Origin: an uncultured virus (IMG/VR IMGVR_UViG_3300028840_008158)
Taxonomy: Duplodnaviria; Heunggongvirae; Uroviricota; Caudoviricetes
IMG/VR virus record: IMGVR_UViG_3300028840_008158
Strand: one strand, 5' to 3'
DNA length: 64,000 bases
The translations under genes were made by a program, and so were the position numbers. Numbering within the stretch: position 1 is the first letter of the stretch; each line of letters opens with the position of its first letter. Under the pieces are notes generated by a model. It saw only the letters and a program-made list of their open reading frames with translations. It was not told the origin of the DNA and ran no database searches. Below, piece by piece: positions 42,978 to 52,867 of this stretch.

Positions 42978-43761
42978 CGAGCCTGTACCCCTGAATCGGC
43001 GAGTAGTTGCCTATGTCGGGCCGAACCGCCTGGGCGAAGAACTTGACAAACTCCGAGTTCCTGACTTTCGAGTTGGGGTCGATGGCCGCGTGCAGTACTC
43101 GGGCGCAGAAGTAGTGGGAGCTGAGGAAGTTTGGCGGGTACTTGATCGGGTTATTGTGCTTCTCGAACCACCTTGACAGCTCCTTCATCATGTCGTCCTT
43201 GTCGAAGAACCTGTTTACCTTGGGTAGTGGTATCTCGTCGAGGCCCATCTCCATCCTGGCCCTGTTGTAGTTCTCGTGCCCGTCGGTAAAGCATTCCAGC
43301 ATCACGTAGTGGCCGCCCTGCTTCAATACCCGGGCGACCTCGGCGACGGCCTGCTTTTGCTCCTCCCAGTCCCTGATGTTGATCAGGCACCTCTCGGTAA
43401 CGACGCAGTCGAAGGACTGGTCCTCGAACGGCATGTTCCTGGCGTCTACCTTCTCGAACCGGCAGTTCTCGGACTCGTGCTTCTTCGCGATGGAGAGCAG
43501 CTCGTCGCAGAAGTCGCCACCCGTAATTTTCATGGTTGGGAACTTCGCCGCCGTAGCCCTCGTTACGCACCCATTGCCGCATCCCAGGTCGAGAACCTTC
43601 GTCTTTTCCCCTCCCCCCCTCATCTCCGCCAAGGACGCGTGTATGAAGTCTTGTTCCCTCTGCCGGACAATCCCGTCGAGCATCGTGGAGGAGATGGCGT
43701 CCCCATGCAGCTTGGCCTGGTGGGCGTAGTAGTCCAGCGTGAACTCGTCGTTGCTCGGCAT
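42967..43761 (-). CDS. class I SAM methyltransferase
   Basis: VLDLGCGNG, GGDF, SFDCVVTERCLIN, RVLK.GG. Confidence 0.9.
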   Translation of the reverse strand: MPSNDEFTLDYYAHQAKLHGDAISSTMLDGIVRQREQDFIHASLAEMRGGGEKTKVLDLGCGNGCVTRATAAKFPTMKITGGDFCDELLSIAKKHESENCRFEKVDARNMPFEDQSFDCVVTERCLINIRDWEEQKQAVAEVARVLKQGGHYVMLECFTDGHENYNRARMEMGLDEIPLPKVNRFFDKDDMMKELSRWFEKHNNPIKYPPNFLSSHYFCARVLHAAIDPNSKVRNSEFVKFFAQAVRPDIGNYSPIQGYRLVRK

Positions 43762-43772
43762 GCGTCTCTCCT

Positions 43773-44960
43773 TTACATGATCGCAAACTTCGGCAGCGGG
43801 ACGACGATCTTCGTCCCGGACGCCCTGATCGATCTCTCCCTTTTGAGGAACTCGTCGATGAAGTACCACGGGAAGACTAGCAAGAAGTCCGGCTGAGCGG
43901 CCCGCATCTCCTGCTCGGAGCATATGCGAACGTTCGTGCCGGGCGTGTGCAGCCCGTACTTCGCCTCGTTCCTCTCGGCGATGGCCACCATCAGGTTGGA
44001 CAGATCACAATATTGCATGATGACCTGCCCTTTCGTCGAGGCTCCGTAGCCATATACCCTGGCTCCATGATCTACACATTCCTCGGCGAAGGCGCAAAGC
44101 CTTGCCCGGCTTTCCACAACCCGGCCACGGAAGGCGACGAAGGGTTTTTCCGTGAGGTAGCCCATGTCGGACTCCCGGCCCATGATCTCGGACACGTGAG
44201 GGCATTCCTCTCCCTTGGGGGATAGCATCATGCGGAACGAGCCGCCGTTCATGTCGTTGAAATCCAGGCTGACGACCTTGAAGTCCGTCTGGTCCACGAG
44301 CCTCATGAAGCAGGTCAGTGAGTAATAGGCCACGTGCTCGTGGCAGATCGAGTCATAGGCCGTATTCTCGACCATCCTCGGAAGATAGCTCAGTTCGAGT
44401 AGCCAGACGCCGTCATCACGGAGGGCCTTGCGTACGTCCTGGACGAAGTCCAGCGGTCGGCTGAGGTCGTAGAACATGGCGATGGAGGATATTACCTTGG
44501 CCTTGCGCCCCCGTAGGGCTTCCCTTACCGCGTCGTAGGTAAAGTAGTCATGTATGTACTCGCAGCCTTGTGGCTGGATGTTGGACGGGTCCACGCCTAT
44601 CTTCTGGGATTGGGGAAGGCACGAGAGGAACGTCCCGTCATTGCAGCCGATGTCAATGACGACGTCCCGCACGGAGACCGAGCATTTCGACATGAGGAGG
44701 CGGGCGTCGTCCAGGAGGTGCTGTCTCATCGTGTCGTTCATGGACGAGGTATACCAGTAGCGCCGGTACATCAGGTCGGTATTCACGGACTGCGTCAACT
44801 GGGCCATTCCGCAGGCCGGGCACCTGGCGAAGACGAGAGGGGCTTCGGGGAGTTCCTCCCCCTTGTTGTCATGGAAGTAGTTGGCAATCTTCTGGTTGCC
44901 GAGGTCAAGCACGGCATCCAGCTTCTCGTTCCCACAAACCCGGCACTCGTGGTTGTTCAT
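43773..44960 (-). CDS. NDP-sugar C-methyltransferase (NovU/TylCIII-like)
   Basis: CRVCG zinc site, DIGCNDG, YDSICHEH, YGASTKG, FPWYF. Confidence 0.9.
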   Translation of the reverse strand: MNNHECRVCGNEKLDAVLDLGNQKIANYFHDNKGEELPEAPLVFARCPACGMAQLTQSVNTDLMYRRYWYTSSMNDTMRQHLLDDARLLMSKCSVSVRDVVIDIGCNDGTFLSCLPQSQKIGVDPSNIQPQGCEYIHDYFTYDAVREALRGRKAKVISSIAMFYDLSRPLDFVQDVRKALRDDGVWLLELSYLPRMVENTAYDSICHEHVAYYSLTCFMRLVDQTDFKVVSLDFNDMNGGSFRMMLSPKGEECPHVSEIMGRESDMGYLTEKPFVAFRGRVVESRARLCAFAEECVDHGARVYGYGASTKGQVIMQYCDLSNLMVAIAERNEAKYGLHTPGTNVRICSEQEMRAAQPDFLLVFPWYFIDEFLKRERSIRASGTKIVVPLPKFAIM

Positions 44961-46045
44961 CTTCGTTCTCCCGCTGACAGCAACGCGTCGCATATCGCCT
45001 CCACGTCGAGGTCCTTGGACGGGGGCGACGCGGGCAGCGAGATCATGCGGGAGGCGACCCTCTCGCACGTAGGGATCGAACGCTCCACGCTGTACATGGG
45101 CTGGACGCTAGGAGGATAGAACCCCGGCCTCGTCTCCACGCCGCTGTCGGACATTTTTCGTATCACGTCGTCTCGCTCCCCGAAGGAGTCCCCCAAGAGG
45201 CACGGGAAAGACCAGGGGACCGGGTTGGTTTCGGGCAGGAACGTCTGGAGCCTCATGTCCTCCTTGGAGAGGATTTTGACGTACCTCCGGTGTATCTCGT
45301 ATCGCTCGCTGAAGATGACGTCCCTTTTCTCGAACTGGGCGCACGCCATGGCGGCCTGCATGTTCGTCAGCCTGAAATTGTGCCCATGAAGGAAATGCCG
45401 GTAGTACTTCGGCCTCTTCATCCCGTGGCTGCGGAAAAGGGCCATCGTGTTCTTCATCTTGGGGTCGTTCGTGACGACCATTCCTCCCTCGCCGCAGGTT
45501 ATGGTCTTTGTGGCTTGGAAGCTGAAGCATCCGACGTGTCCGATGGTACCCGTCCACTTGCGCTGCCAGGTCGTTCCCAGCGACTCGGCGGCGTCCTCGA
45601 TGACGGTTATCCCGTGCCGCCCGGCAATCTCCATGATCGCCGTCATGTCGCAGGCGTTGCCGTAGGTATGGACAGGCACGATGGCCTTGGTCCTGTCCGT
45701 GACGAGGGACTCGACCGACTCGGCGTCAAGGCACCAAGTATCGGGGTTTACCTCGGCGAAGACAGGCTTGGCTCCCAGATGCATCGAGATGTTGGCGGCT
45801 GCCAAGAAACCGAAGCCGGGCACAATAACCTCGTCTCCGGGGGCGACTTCGGCTGCCAGGAGGGCCAGATGAAGGGCGGCCGTACCATTGGCGACCGAAA
45901 GGCAGAACTGCGAGCCGCATGCCTTGGAGAAATCCTGTTCGAGAAGGTCAACGAATCTTCCACCTGATATCCAAGTGGAGACGACTGCCTCCTCCACGTA
46001 CTTTTGCTCGTTGCCCCAGTAATAGGGCTGTGCCCAGGGTATCAT
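44957..46045 (-). CDS. DegT/DnrJ PLP sugar aminotransferase (perosamine synthase-like)
   Basis: NGTAALHLAL, EDAAE, SFQATKTITCGEGG, NFRLTNMQAA. Confidence 0.93.
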   Translation of the reverse strand: MIPWAQPYYWGNEQKYVEEAVVSTWISGGRFVDLLEQDFSKACGSQFCLSVANGTAALHLALLAAEVAPGDEVIVPGFGFLAAANISMHLGAKPVFAEVNPDTWCLDAESVESLVTDRTKAIVPVHTYGNACDMTAIMEIAGRHGITVIEDAAESLGTTWQRKWTGTIGHVGCFSFQATKTITCGEGGMVVTNDPKMKNTMALFRSHGMKRPKYYRHFLHGHNFRLTNMQAAMACAQFEKRDVIFSERYEIHRRYVKILSKEDMRLQTFLPETNPVPWSFPCLLGDSFGERDDVIRKMSDSGVETRPGFYPPSVQPMYSVERSIPTCERVASRMISLPASPPSKDLDVEAICDALLSAGERR

Positions 46046-46056
46046 CCATCGGTTCC

Positions 46057-46443
46057 TCAGTAGATTTTGTGTTGTTCCCTTACTACGTCGGCCCCCGTGG
46101 CCCGGGAAAGGAACTTGTCGATCTCGTCCATTAAATTGGCTCTTTGAACGTTCAGGTCGCAGCACCTTGCCAACAACCGGTGCAGTCCGGCGAGGTCGCT
46201 GCCATGAACCTTCTCGAACTCCTCCGGCGTCATTTTCCTGATCTTGTACAACTCTTCTTGGTTGTGCCAGAGCTTAGCGTTGACGGTCGTCAGCTTGTCG
46301 ACGAGGCAACCAAGCGTATCCATTCGTTCTCCTTCCTCGACTTCCATCATACTATTGTCCGCTACGTGTTTTTGGACAATAGTGATCGCTTCCTCGGGGG
46401 AGCTTGCCTCCCCCAGTCGGTTCAAAAACTCCGGCTCGAACAT
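46057..46443 (-). CDS. helical hypothetical protein (DUF4254-like)
   Basis: LVDKLTTVNAKLWHNQE...LNVQRANLMDEID. Confidence 0.6.
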   Translation of the reverse strand: MFEPEFLNRLGEASSPEEAITIVQKHVADNSMMEVEEGERMDTLGCLVDKLTTVNAKLWHNQEELYKIRKMTPEEFEKVHGSDLAGLHRLLARCCDLNVQRANLMDEIDKFLSRATGADVVREQHKIY

Positions 46444-46453
46444 GACTCCCCCT

Positions 46454-47413
46454 TTAGGTTTGCTTCTCGGTTTCGATGAAGGAGTTGATCTCATCCGTGG
46501 GCCACGCGAACTCGACTTTACCGTCCTTGATCTTCGTCATCGCCCTGGCGTTGCTATGCTCCTTGCAGCTATCAACCAAGGACTTGATTACCGGGATCGT
46601 TGGCCCCTCGTTTACGATCTTCTTGACCTTGAGGAAGTTCTCTCCGAGCTTCTTCATCTGGTCTTGCCCCATGTAGTCTTCGGAATAGCCGAGAACCAAG
46701 TGGAATACGAGGTCGTCCAGTACCATCCCGTAGGCGCCCCCGTACTCGTTGCAGACGCCGAGTAGCTTGTTCAGGCAGAGGGACAACTTGCTGCCCATCC
46801 GCTTGCGGTCGTAGTACCAGTTGGCGACCACTCCCGTGTCGGCGTAGTTGCCCAGGTTATGCTTGTCGTGGCCCTCGTTGCAGGCTTCGTACTCCAGGTT
46901 CTTGGGCTTGAACCCGGCCCTTTCCCTAGCAGCCGGCCTCATGATCCCTACTTGCTCACAGAGCTCCCTGAGCTGGGCCGTCTTGCTGACCCGGAAGTAG
47001 TTGTTCAGCTCGAAGAAGACGCCCTTGTGCGAGTACGCCATGTCGAGGCCCGTCCTATGTCCGACCATCCCTATGCCGAAGTCCCTGATAAGCCTGATCG
47101 GGATGTAGAGCCACTTCGGATGGACCGGGAAGGCGTCGATGTCCAGCGTGCAACAATACTCTCCCTTGGCCTCGTGGACCGCCCTGTCGATGGGATAGCC
47201 CGCGTCGATCTTCGGGTACCTTAGTATCCTGATCTCCGGGTCGCCCTTGTATTTCTCCACGATGTCCCGGTAAATCACGTCGTTGCTCTGGTCGGCTACG
47301 AGCAGGTCGGCCTTGACCTCTGGATGGCGATGAGCCTTGAAGTGGTCGACTACGCCGTCGAGCATGGCGGGGCAGTTCACGTGCGTTACGATGACGCTGC
47401 ATGTTTCTGGCAT
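46454..47413 (-). CDS. GT-A fold glycosyltransferase (GT2-like)
   Basis: SVIVTH, LLVADQS, TLDIDAFP. Confidence 0.75.
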   Translation of the reverse strand: MPETCSVIVTHVNCPAMLDGVVDHFKAHRHPEVKADLLVADQSNDVIYRDIVEKYKGDPEIRILRYPKIDAGYPIDRAVHEAKGEYCCTLDIDAFPVHPKWLYIPIRLIRDFGIGMVGHRTGLDMAYSHKGVFFELNNYFRVSKTAQLRELCEQVGIMRPAARERAGFKPKNLEYEACNEGHDKHNLGNYADTGVVANWYYDRKRMGSKLSLCLNKLLGVCNEYGGAYGMVLDDLVFHLVLGYSEDYMGQDQMKKLGENFLKVKKIVNEGPTIPVIKSLVDSCKEHSNARAMTKIKDGKVEFAWPTDEINSFIETEKQT

Positions 47414-47414
47414 T

Positions 47415-48503
47415 TTATGAACCCTCGTGATGTCCGAGAACGATCTTGGCTACGGTCGTCGAAACGCATCTTCTCCGGTACTCTTCGGGAACGCTCCAGA
47501 GCGGGTCGGTCGTCGTCCTGGCGGAGTCAGCCAGGCGGATGCCGACGACGAGCTTCTCCTTGTCGTCGGACGACAGGAAGTTGCTCCCTACTTCCATGGT
47601 CTCTGGCCTCTCCGTGTTGTCCCTCAGGGTAACGTTCGGGACGCCAAGCAGGCAACATTCTTCCTGTACCGTCCCGCTGTCCGTCAGGACGCAGAATGCG
47701 TCCCTTTCAAGGCGCACGAAGTCAAAGAAACCAAGGGGATCAACCAGCTTGATTGAGTCGGCCATCTTGAACCCAAGGTTCTTCAGCTTGTCCTTGGTTC
47801 GTGGGTGAACGGGCCAGATGACGGGCATCTTGGTTTTTTGGGAGGCGTTTTCAATGGCTCCAACGAGCCTTGAGAGTCTGGGGGTCGAGTCTACGTTCTC
47901 CGCCCGGTGCAGAGTCAGGAGCATGTACTTCTGGAATCCCCAGGGCTTGGAGGACTTGCTCTCCATGATCAGTTCGTTGAAACGGGCCAGTACCTCCCCG
48001 ATGGGGTTGCCCGTGACGAAGATTCGTCTTGAAGGAACTCCCTCGTCCAAGAGGTTCTGCCTCGACCTTTCCGTGTACGGCATCAGGATGTCGCTGGAAT
48101 GGTCTATGACTCGCCTGTTGACCTCCTCCGGAACCCGGTCGTCGAAGCACCTGTTACCCGCCTCCATGTGAAAAACCCGGATGCCCCTGCGCTTCGCCAT
48201 GATGGCGGACAGCCCAGAGTTGGTGTCCCCCAAGATCAATACTGCGTCGGGCTTTTCCGTTGCCATTATTTGGTCGCAGCGGGAAATGATTTGCCCGACC
48301 TGCTTGGCGGCCGTGGCGGCCTTGACCCTCAAGAAGACATCAGGTTCTCGGGCAAGCTGCTCAAAGAAGATGCTGCTCAGCTTCGGGTCGTAGTTCTGCC
48401 CCGTGTGGACGAGGACGTGGTCGCAGTTCTCGTCAAGTATGGGTATGATCATCGAGAGCCGGATGATCTCAGGCCTCGTCCCGAGGATCGTCATGAGCCT
48501 CAT
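47415..48503 (-). CDS. wecB: UDP-N-acetylhexosamine 2-epimerase (WecB family, FnlC/QnlB type)
   Basis: GTRPEIIRLS, HTGQNYD, HMEAGNRC, TDSGTVQEE. Confidence 0.93.
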   Translation of the reverse strand: MRLMTILGTRPEIIRLSMIIPILDENCDHVLVHTGQNYDPKLSSIFFEQLAREPDVFLRVKAATAAKQVGQIISRCDQIMATEKPDAVLILGDTNSGLSAIMAKRRGIRVFHMEAGNRCFDDRVPEEVNRRVIDHSSDILMPYTERSRQNLLDEGVPSRRIFVTGNPIGEVLARFNELIMESKSSKPWGFQKYMLLTLHRAENVDSTPRLSRLVGAIENASQKTKMPVIWPVHPRTKDKLKNLGFKMADSIKLVDPLGFFDFVRLERDAFCVLTDSGTVQEECCLLGVPNVTLRDNTERPETMEVGSNFLSSDDKEKLVVGIRLADSARTTTDPLWSVPEEYRRRCVSTTVAKIVLGHHEGS

Positions 48504-49588
48504 TTCAGCATTTCCCCTTCATGGTCTACGATCTTCAACAGGTCGTTCCTCTCCAGCATCTCCGTCGTCTCCTCGAACGACATGGGGAGGCTGGCGGACG
48601 AGTACTCGCCGGGCAGGTCGTAGTCCAGCAACATCGGGACGCTGCAATGGAGCTCCGGCAGGGACGGGTCGATGACGTAGTACCGGTCATCGCGTTTCTC
48701 GGTCTTCAAGAGCTTGGCTCGCGGGACTTCCTCCTCGGAGACGAGGATCTCGTCGACCTTCTCGCCCGGCCTGATGCCGACGTCCTTGACCTCGATCTTC
48801 CGGGGGCCGATGAGGGCCATCGCGATGTCCAGGACCCTGGCCGACGGGACTATGGGCACGAAGATCGTTCCAGGACGCCCGTACGACACGGCAGCCACGA
48901 TGGTATCGACCGCCCTTTCCAGCGGCAGGAGGAAGCGAGTCATCTCCCTCGACGTAATCGTGATGGGGCCGCCCTTCCTGATCTGCTCGTGGAAGAGCGG
49001 GATGACGGAGCCCCTCGACGCCAGGACGTTCCCGTACCGGACGCAGGAGAAGTTGCATCCGTCGATGTCCTTGCCGATGTTCGCCGAGATGAACGCCTTC
49101 TCCTGGACCGCCTTGGTCATCCCCATGGCGTTGACCGGCTTGCAGGCCTTGTCCGTCGACACGCCGACCACCTTCTTGACCATTGACCCCTCGACGGCCC
49201 GCACGATGTTGCAGGGCCCGAGGATATTCGTCTGCACGGCCTGCTCGACGAAATACTCGCAGGAGGGGACTTGCTTCAGGGCGGCGGCGTTGATGACCAT
49301 GGTCGCGTCCTTGACGGCGGCGTCGACGCTGTTCTGGTCCCGGACGTCGCCGATCCGGAACTCGACGGTCCTCTTGAAGTTGTTGTAGATCACCTCGTCG
49401 GTCGCGGCTGCGGCCTTGAGGTATTCGACGCGCATGAAGTGCTGCTTGGCCTCGTCCCTGGAGAAGATGATGATCTTCTCGGGCGATCCGTTCTCCCCGG
49501 AGAGGAGCCTCTTGACCAGGGTTTTTCCCAGTGACCCGGTCCCGCCTGTTATCAATACTTGTTCCCCGTCGAAGGCGTTCGTTAGCAT
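48500..49588 (-). CDS. fnlA: UDP-GlcNAc 4,6-dehydratase/epimerase (FnlA/CapE type)
   Basis: TGGTGSLG, SRDEAKQ, AALKQVPSCE, STDKA..PVNAMG, RYGNVLASRGSVIP. Confidence 0.88.
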   Translation of the reverse strand: MLTNAFDGEQVLITGGTGSLGKTLVKRLLSGENGSPEKIIIFSRDEAKQHFMRVEYLKAAAATDEVIYNNFKRTVEFRIGDVRDQNSVDAAVKDATMVINAAALKQVPSCEYFVEQAVQTNILGPCNIVRAVEGSMVKKVVGVSTDKACKPVNAMGMTKAVQEKAFISANIGKDIDGCNFSCVRYGNVLASRGSVIPLFHEQIRKGGPITITSREMTRFLLPLERAVDTIVAAVSYGRPGTIFVPIVPSARVLDIAMALIGPRKIEVKDVGIRPGEKVDEILVSEEEVPRAKLLKTEKRDDRYYVIDPSLPELHCSVPMLLDYDLPGEYSSASLPMSFEETTEMLERNDLLKIVDHEGEMLK

Positions 49589-50454
49589 GATTTTCTCCAT
49601 TTTTCGTAAGGCGTCGGGTCCGCGGCCATCTCCGCGATCATTTCTTCCCACGTGGGGGGCTGGTAAGTCGTCAGCATCCGGAACCGGCAGGAGTCGAGCC
49701 TTCGGTCACAATGGAACTCCTCGTCCTTCTGGAGGGTGATCGACAGCCCGAACTCGTCTCGGACCATGCGCAACAAATCGAACTTCGAGATGGCGTCCGA
49801 GGAGGCGTGGTAGACGCCCGGCTCGAGGGGAACGTCGAGGGCCGCGCGGATGACCCTGGCGAACTCGATGGTCGTGAACCCCGTATACAAGGCGTTGGCG
49901 AACCCCTTGACGTTCTTGCGACGCCGGGACAGGAACCACTCTATCAAGCCCGTCGTCGCCGAGATCTCGCGTCCGATGATCGACGTCCGCAGGGTTACCC
50001 CCGGAGCGTCCGATACCTCTCCGAGCAGCTTGGACCTGCCGTACAAGTCCGTCGGGCGCGGGGGCGATTCCTCGTTGTACGGGCCCTCGTCGCCGTCGAA
50101 GACGCAATCCGTGCTGACGTGGATCAACCTGGCCCCCCTGAGGCCGCAAGCCTGGTTCAGCTTGTGGGGAAAGAGGGAGTTGACCGTGACGCAGGCGAGC
50201 GGGTCGCTGGCCTCCTTGACTTGCTTGACGACGCCGATGCAGTTGATGACGACATCGGGGCTACAGCTCAGCGCCTCCATGACGTCGTAATGCATCGAGA
50301 AGCTCACGAGCCTGGCCGGGTCGATGATCCCCGTTTCCTCGAGCTTGCCGAACTTGGACATCCTGGCCGCGGCGTATACCTCGTCCGTCTTCGAGAACTC
50401 CTGGACGAGCTTGTGCCCGAGCATCCCGGTGGCGCCAAATATCATGATCCTCAC
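49582..50454 (-). CDS. RmlD-like 4-reductase (QnlA/WbvR type)
   Basis: GATGMLG, NCIGVVKQ, NSLFPH, STDCVF, YGRSK. Confidence 0.88.
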   Translation of the reverse strand: MRIMIFGATGMLGHKLVQEFSKTDEVYAAARMSKFGKLEETGIIDPARLVSFSMHYDVMEALSCSPDVVINCIGVVKQVKEASDPLACVTVNSLFPHKLNQACGLRGARLIHVSTDCVFDGDEGPYNEESPPRPTDLYGRSKLLGEVSDAPGVTLRTSIIGREISATTGLIEWFLSRRRKNVKGFANALYTGFTTIEFARVIRAALDVPLEPGVYHASSDAISKFDLLRMVRDEFGLSITLQKDEEFHCDRRLDSCRFRMLTTYQPPTWEEMIAEMAADPTPYEKWRKSC

Positions 50455-50455
50455 G

Positions 50456-51148
50456 TCAAGTCCTCCATTCCTCGGGTTTTTTCTTGTATAGCGCCACGAG
50501 CTTCCTCGGGAAGGGGAGGCTCATTTCCTCCTGGTAGCAATAAGCCGGGGAGAGCTCGACGGTCGGCGGGTTGCCCGCCATGTACTTGTTCATGTAAGAC
50601 TCGTCGTGCCATTCGGCGATGATGTCCTTCGACAAGTCCTTGTCTATCCAGCCCTTGATCTCCTTGGCCATGGACAGGAATCGCCCGGCCCGGCCACCGT
50701 TGAATCCGCCTGCGTAATACGCCTTCCCGTAACCCGGCGGCATGTACGCCATGCTCTGGGGGCGTCGTTCGTAGCTTTGCTCGAAAAATGACCTTGGCTT
50801 GTCCCAGAACCCCGGGTGCCGCGTCGCGACGAGCTCTCCGATCACCTCCTCGCCGACGGAGGCTTCGAAACGCATGTCCGCGTCGCAATAGTAGAGGTAG
50901 TCCATCGCGCCCAGGAGCGTCGCGTTCTTGTCGAAGACGTGATATCGCTTCAGGGTCGGGTTCGGCCACGGCTCGTGCTCGTGCTGGACGCGGATCGTCT
51001 CTTCTGGGACCGCGGGCATGTTCGTGAAGACGAACATCGAGACCTCGTGAGGCGTTCCGGTCATGAAGAACTTCTTGGCGGACTCCCATAAGGGTCCGAC
51101 GAACTCTATGTACTTGTTCGTCGCGATGACGAGCATTCCGATCTTCAT
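50456..51148 (-). CDS. glycosyltransferase family 6 (ABO/alpha-1,3-Gal(NAc)T-like)
   Basis: IATNKY, VFT, DAD, HPG, YYAGGFNGG, WHDESYMNKY. Confidence 0.9.
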   Translation of the reverse strand: MKIGMLVIATNKYIEFVGPLWESAKKFFMTGTPHEVSMFVFTNMPAVPEETIRVQHEHEPWPNPTLKRYHVFDKNATLLGAMDYLYYCDADMRFEASVGEEVIGELVATRHPGFWDKPRSFFEQSYERRPQSMAYMPPGYGKAYYAGGFNGGRAGRFLSMAKEIKGWIDKDLSKDIIAEWHDESYMNKYMAGNPPTVELSPAYCYQEEMSLPFPRKLVALYKKKPEEWRT

Positions 51149-51477
51149 TTGATCTTCTCCTCGCGCTCGCGTTTCTCTACCCGATAGGATCCCCCCTCCG
51201 TGTTGACCCTGAAGTCCCAGTCGTACTTCATCCTGACGCCAGGTTTGTTGCCGCCGAGGGCACGCCTGGCCTCCATCGTCATCAGCCGCAGGAATTCGTC
51301 GTCGTTGGCTTTCTCGAGTTCGTTCGAGGGCTCGAAGACGGCCCGGAAGGGAAGGATTTTGCCCTTCCAGGTGAGCAGGACGCTGGCCTCCGACTTGCTC
51401 CTCTGCCCGACGACATGATTGATTGCCTTTTTCCTGATGACCCGGGGCTGTTTCCTTTTGCGACGCCTTTTATTCAT
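51145..51477 (-). CDS. basic hypothetical protein
   Basis: MNKRRRKRK..., GGAGGGAG RBS. Confidence 0.55.
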   Translation of the reverse strand: MNKRRRKRKQPRVIRKKAINHVVGQRSKSEASVLLTWKGKILPFRAVFEPSNELEKANDDEFLRLMTMEARRALGGNKPGVRMKYDWDFRVNTEGGSYRVEKREREEKIK

Positions 51478-52129
51478 CGAAAACTCCCTCCGTGGCGATC
51501 CTGACAAACTTCTCTCGTTCCGGGTGCAGGACGCGGAGCATGGAGTCTGGTCGAGTAGTGTGGTTGTAGATCGTTATTGGCAGGTACTTGAAACGCCCTC
51601 CGGCCGCGAAGCAGCGCGCCCAAAAATTCCAATCCTCGTAATGCGGACCCTTCCGGACCATGTATCCGCCTACCTTGGACCAGATCGACTTGTTGAAAAG
51701 CGACGAGCACACGCAGGGGTTCTCGCGCTTGAAGAGGGCCGCGCTAAGGGGCTCCCGCGAGATCGCCGGGGCGTACAGGCCGTTGTCCGTACAGTTCCCC
51801 GTGACGACGTCAGCCCCTTCCCTCGCGGCGTACAACTGCTCCAGCGTGTGGGGGTGGAACCAGTCGTCGGCGTCGAGCGGGACGACCCAGTCGTGCTTCG
51901 CCGCGGCGATGCCCGTGTTGCGGGAGGCGCTCAGCCCCCTGTTTTGGTCGTGCCGGAGGAGCTTGATCCCGTGCGTCTGGATCATGTTCATGACGTCGGG
52001 CTCGATGGGCTTGGACGAGCAGTCGTCGACGAGGATGATCTCCTTCTCGACGTCGTGCGGGAGGCAACTGGGTATCGCCTTCTTCAGGAAAGGGCTGTCG
52101 TTGTAGGTACACATGATGATCGAGATCAT
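51470..52129 (-). CDS. glycosyltransferase family 2
   Basis: ISIIMCTYN, VDDCS, SRNTG, LDADD, EDWNF. Confidence 0.92.
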   Translation of the reverse strand: MISIIMCTYNDSPFLKKAIPSCLPHDVEKEIILVDDCSSKPIEPDVMNMIQTHGIKLLRHDQNRGLSASRNTGIAAAKHDWVVPLDADDWFHPHTLEQLYAAREGADVVTGNCTDNGLYAPAISREPLSAALFKRENPCVCSSLFNKSIWSKVGGYMVRKGPHYEDWNFWARCFAAGGRFKYLPITIYNHTTRPDSMLRVLHPEREKFVRIATEGVFDE

Positions 52130-52857
52130 GACTTCTTCTCCTCGTCCTCGGCCGACGCCATGACGTCGGCGCGCTTGGCCTCCTCCGCGCGATCCCTCTC
52201 TTCCAGTCGGAATCGCATGGCCCTGACGATCCTCTTCTCGATGGCCTTCTTCTCCTCGAGCGTGGCTATGGTCCAGGCATGCTCCGCCGTGCAAGGGACG
52301 CGACCGGCCCTTTCGGCGTGTTCGTCGACCGCCCTCTTGACGCCCTCCCACTTGCCCCCGTAGTCGTCCCCGGCGAGGCGAACGTCCGGATACAGGCTCC
52401 ATATCTCCCGCAAGTCCGCCGCCGCGTCGTCGTACTGGTGGGACGCGTCGAGGTAGATGAAGTCCGGCCTGATGCCCAGCTCGTGGATTTCGCGAAGGCC
52501 CTCGACCGTCGTGGTCCTCATGGGAACCAGCCTGTCTCGGTAGTCCCAGCAATTGGACAGGAACGTCTCGTGGAGGATCGGGAGCTTCTGTTTCGTCCCC
52601 TCATCCGCCTCCTGTAGTATGGAGTCGTCTCCTTTCCAGTGATCGATCGCGAGGATCGTCGCTAGCGGGACTTGCGATAGCAGGAACCGGGTCGACAACC
52701 CGAGCCACGACCCCATCTCTATGATGACCTGGCCGTCCTGCGGGAGGACGACGTCCAAAAGCGCCTTGTGGCACCACCCGAACCACCCGTGGTTGTCGAA
52801 CGGGAGATCGGGCTTTTTATCCGGCCAGGGGTATTTCTTCCTGAGGTCGTCAATCAT
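52126..52857 (-). CDS. SAM methyltransferase (Methyltransf_24-like)
   Basis: EMGSWLGLST, AIDHW, YLDASHQY, GDDY. Confidence 0.88.
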   Translation of the reverse strand: MIDDLRKKYPWPDKKPDLPFDNHGWFGWCHKALLDVVLPQDGQVIIEMGSWLGLSTRFLLSQVPLATILAIDHWKGDDSILQEADEGTKQKLPILHETFLSNCWDYRDRLVPMRTTTVEGLREIHELGIRPDFIYLDASHQYDDAAADLREIWSLYPDVRLAGDDYGGKWEGVKRAVDEHAERAGRVPCTAEHAWTIATLEEKKAIEKRIVRAMRFRLEERDRAEEAKRADVMASAEDEEKKS

Positions 52858-52867
52858 CCGTTCTTCC

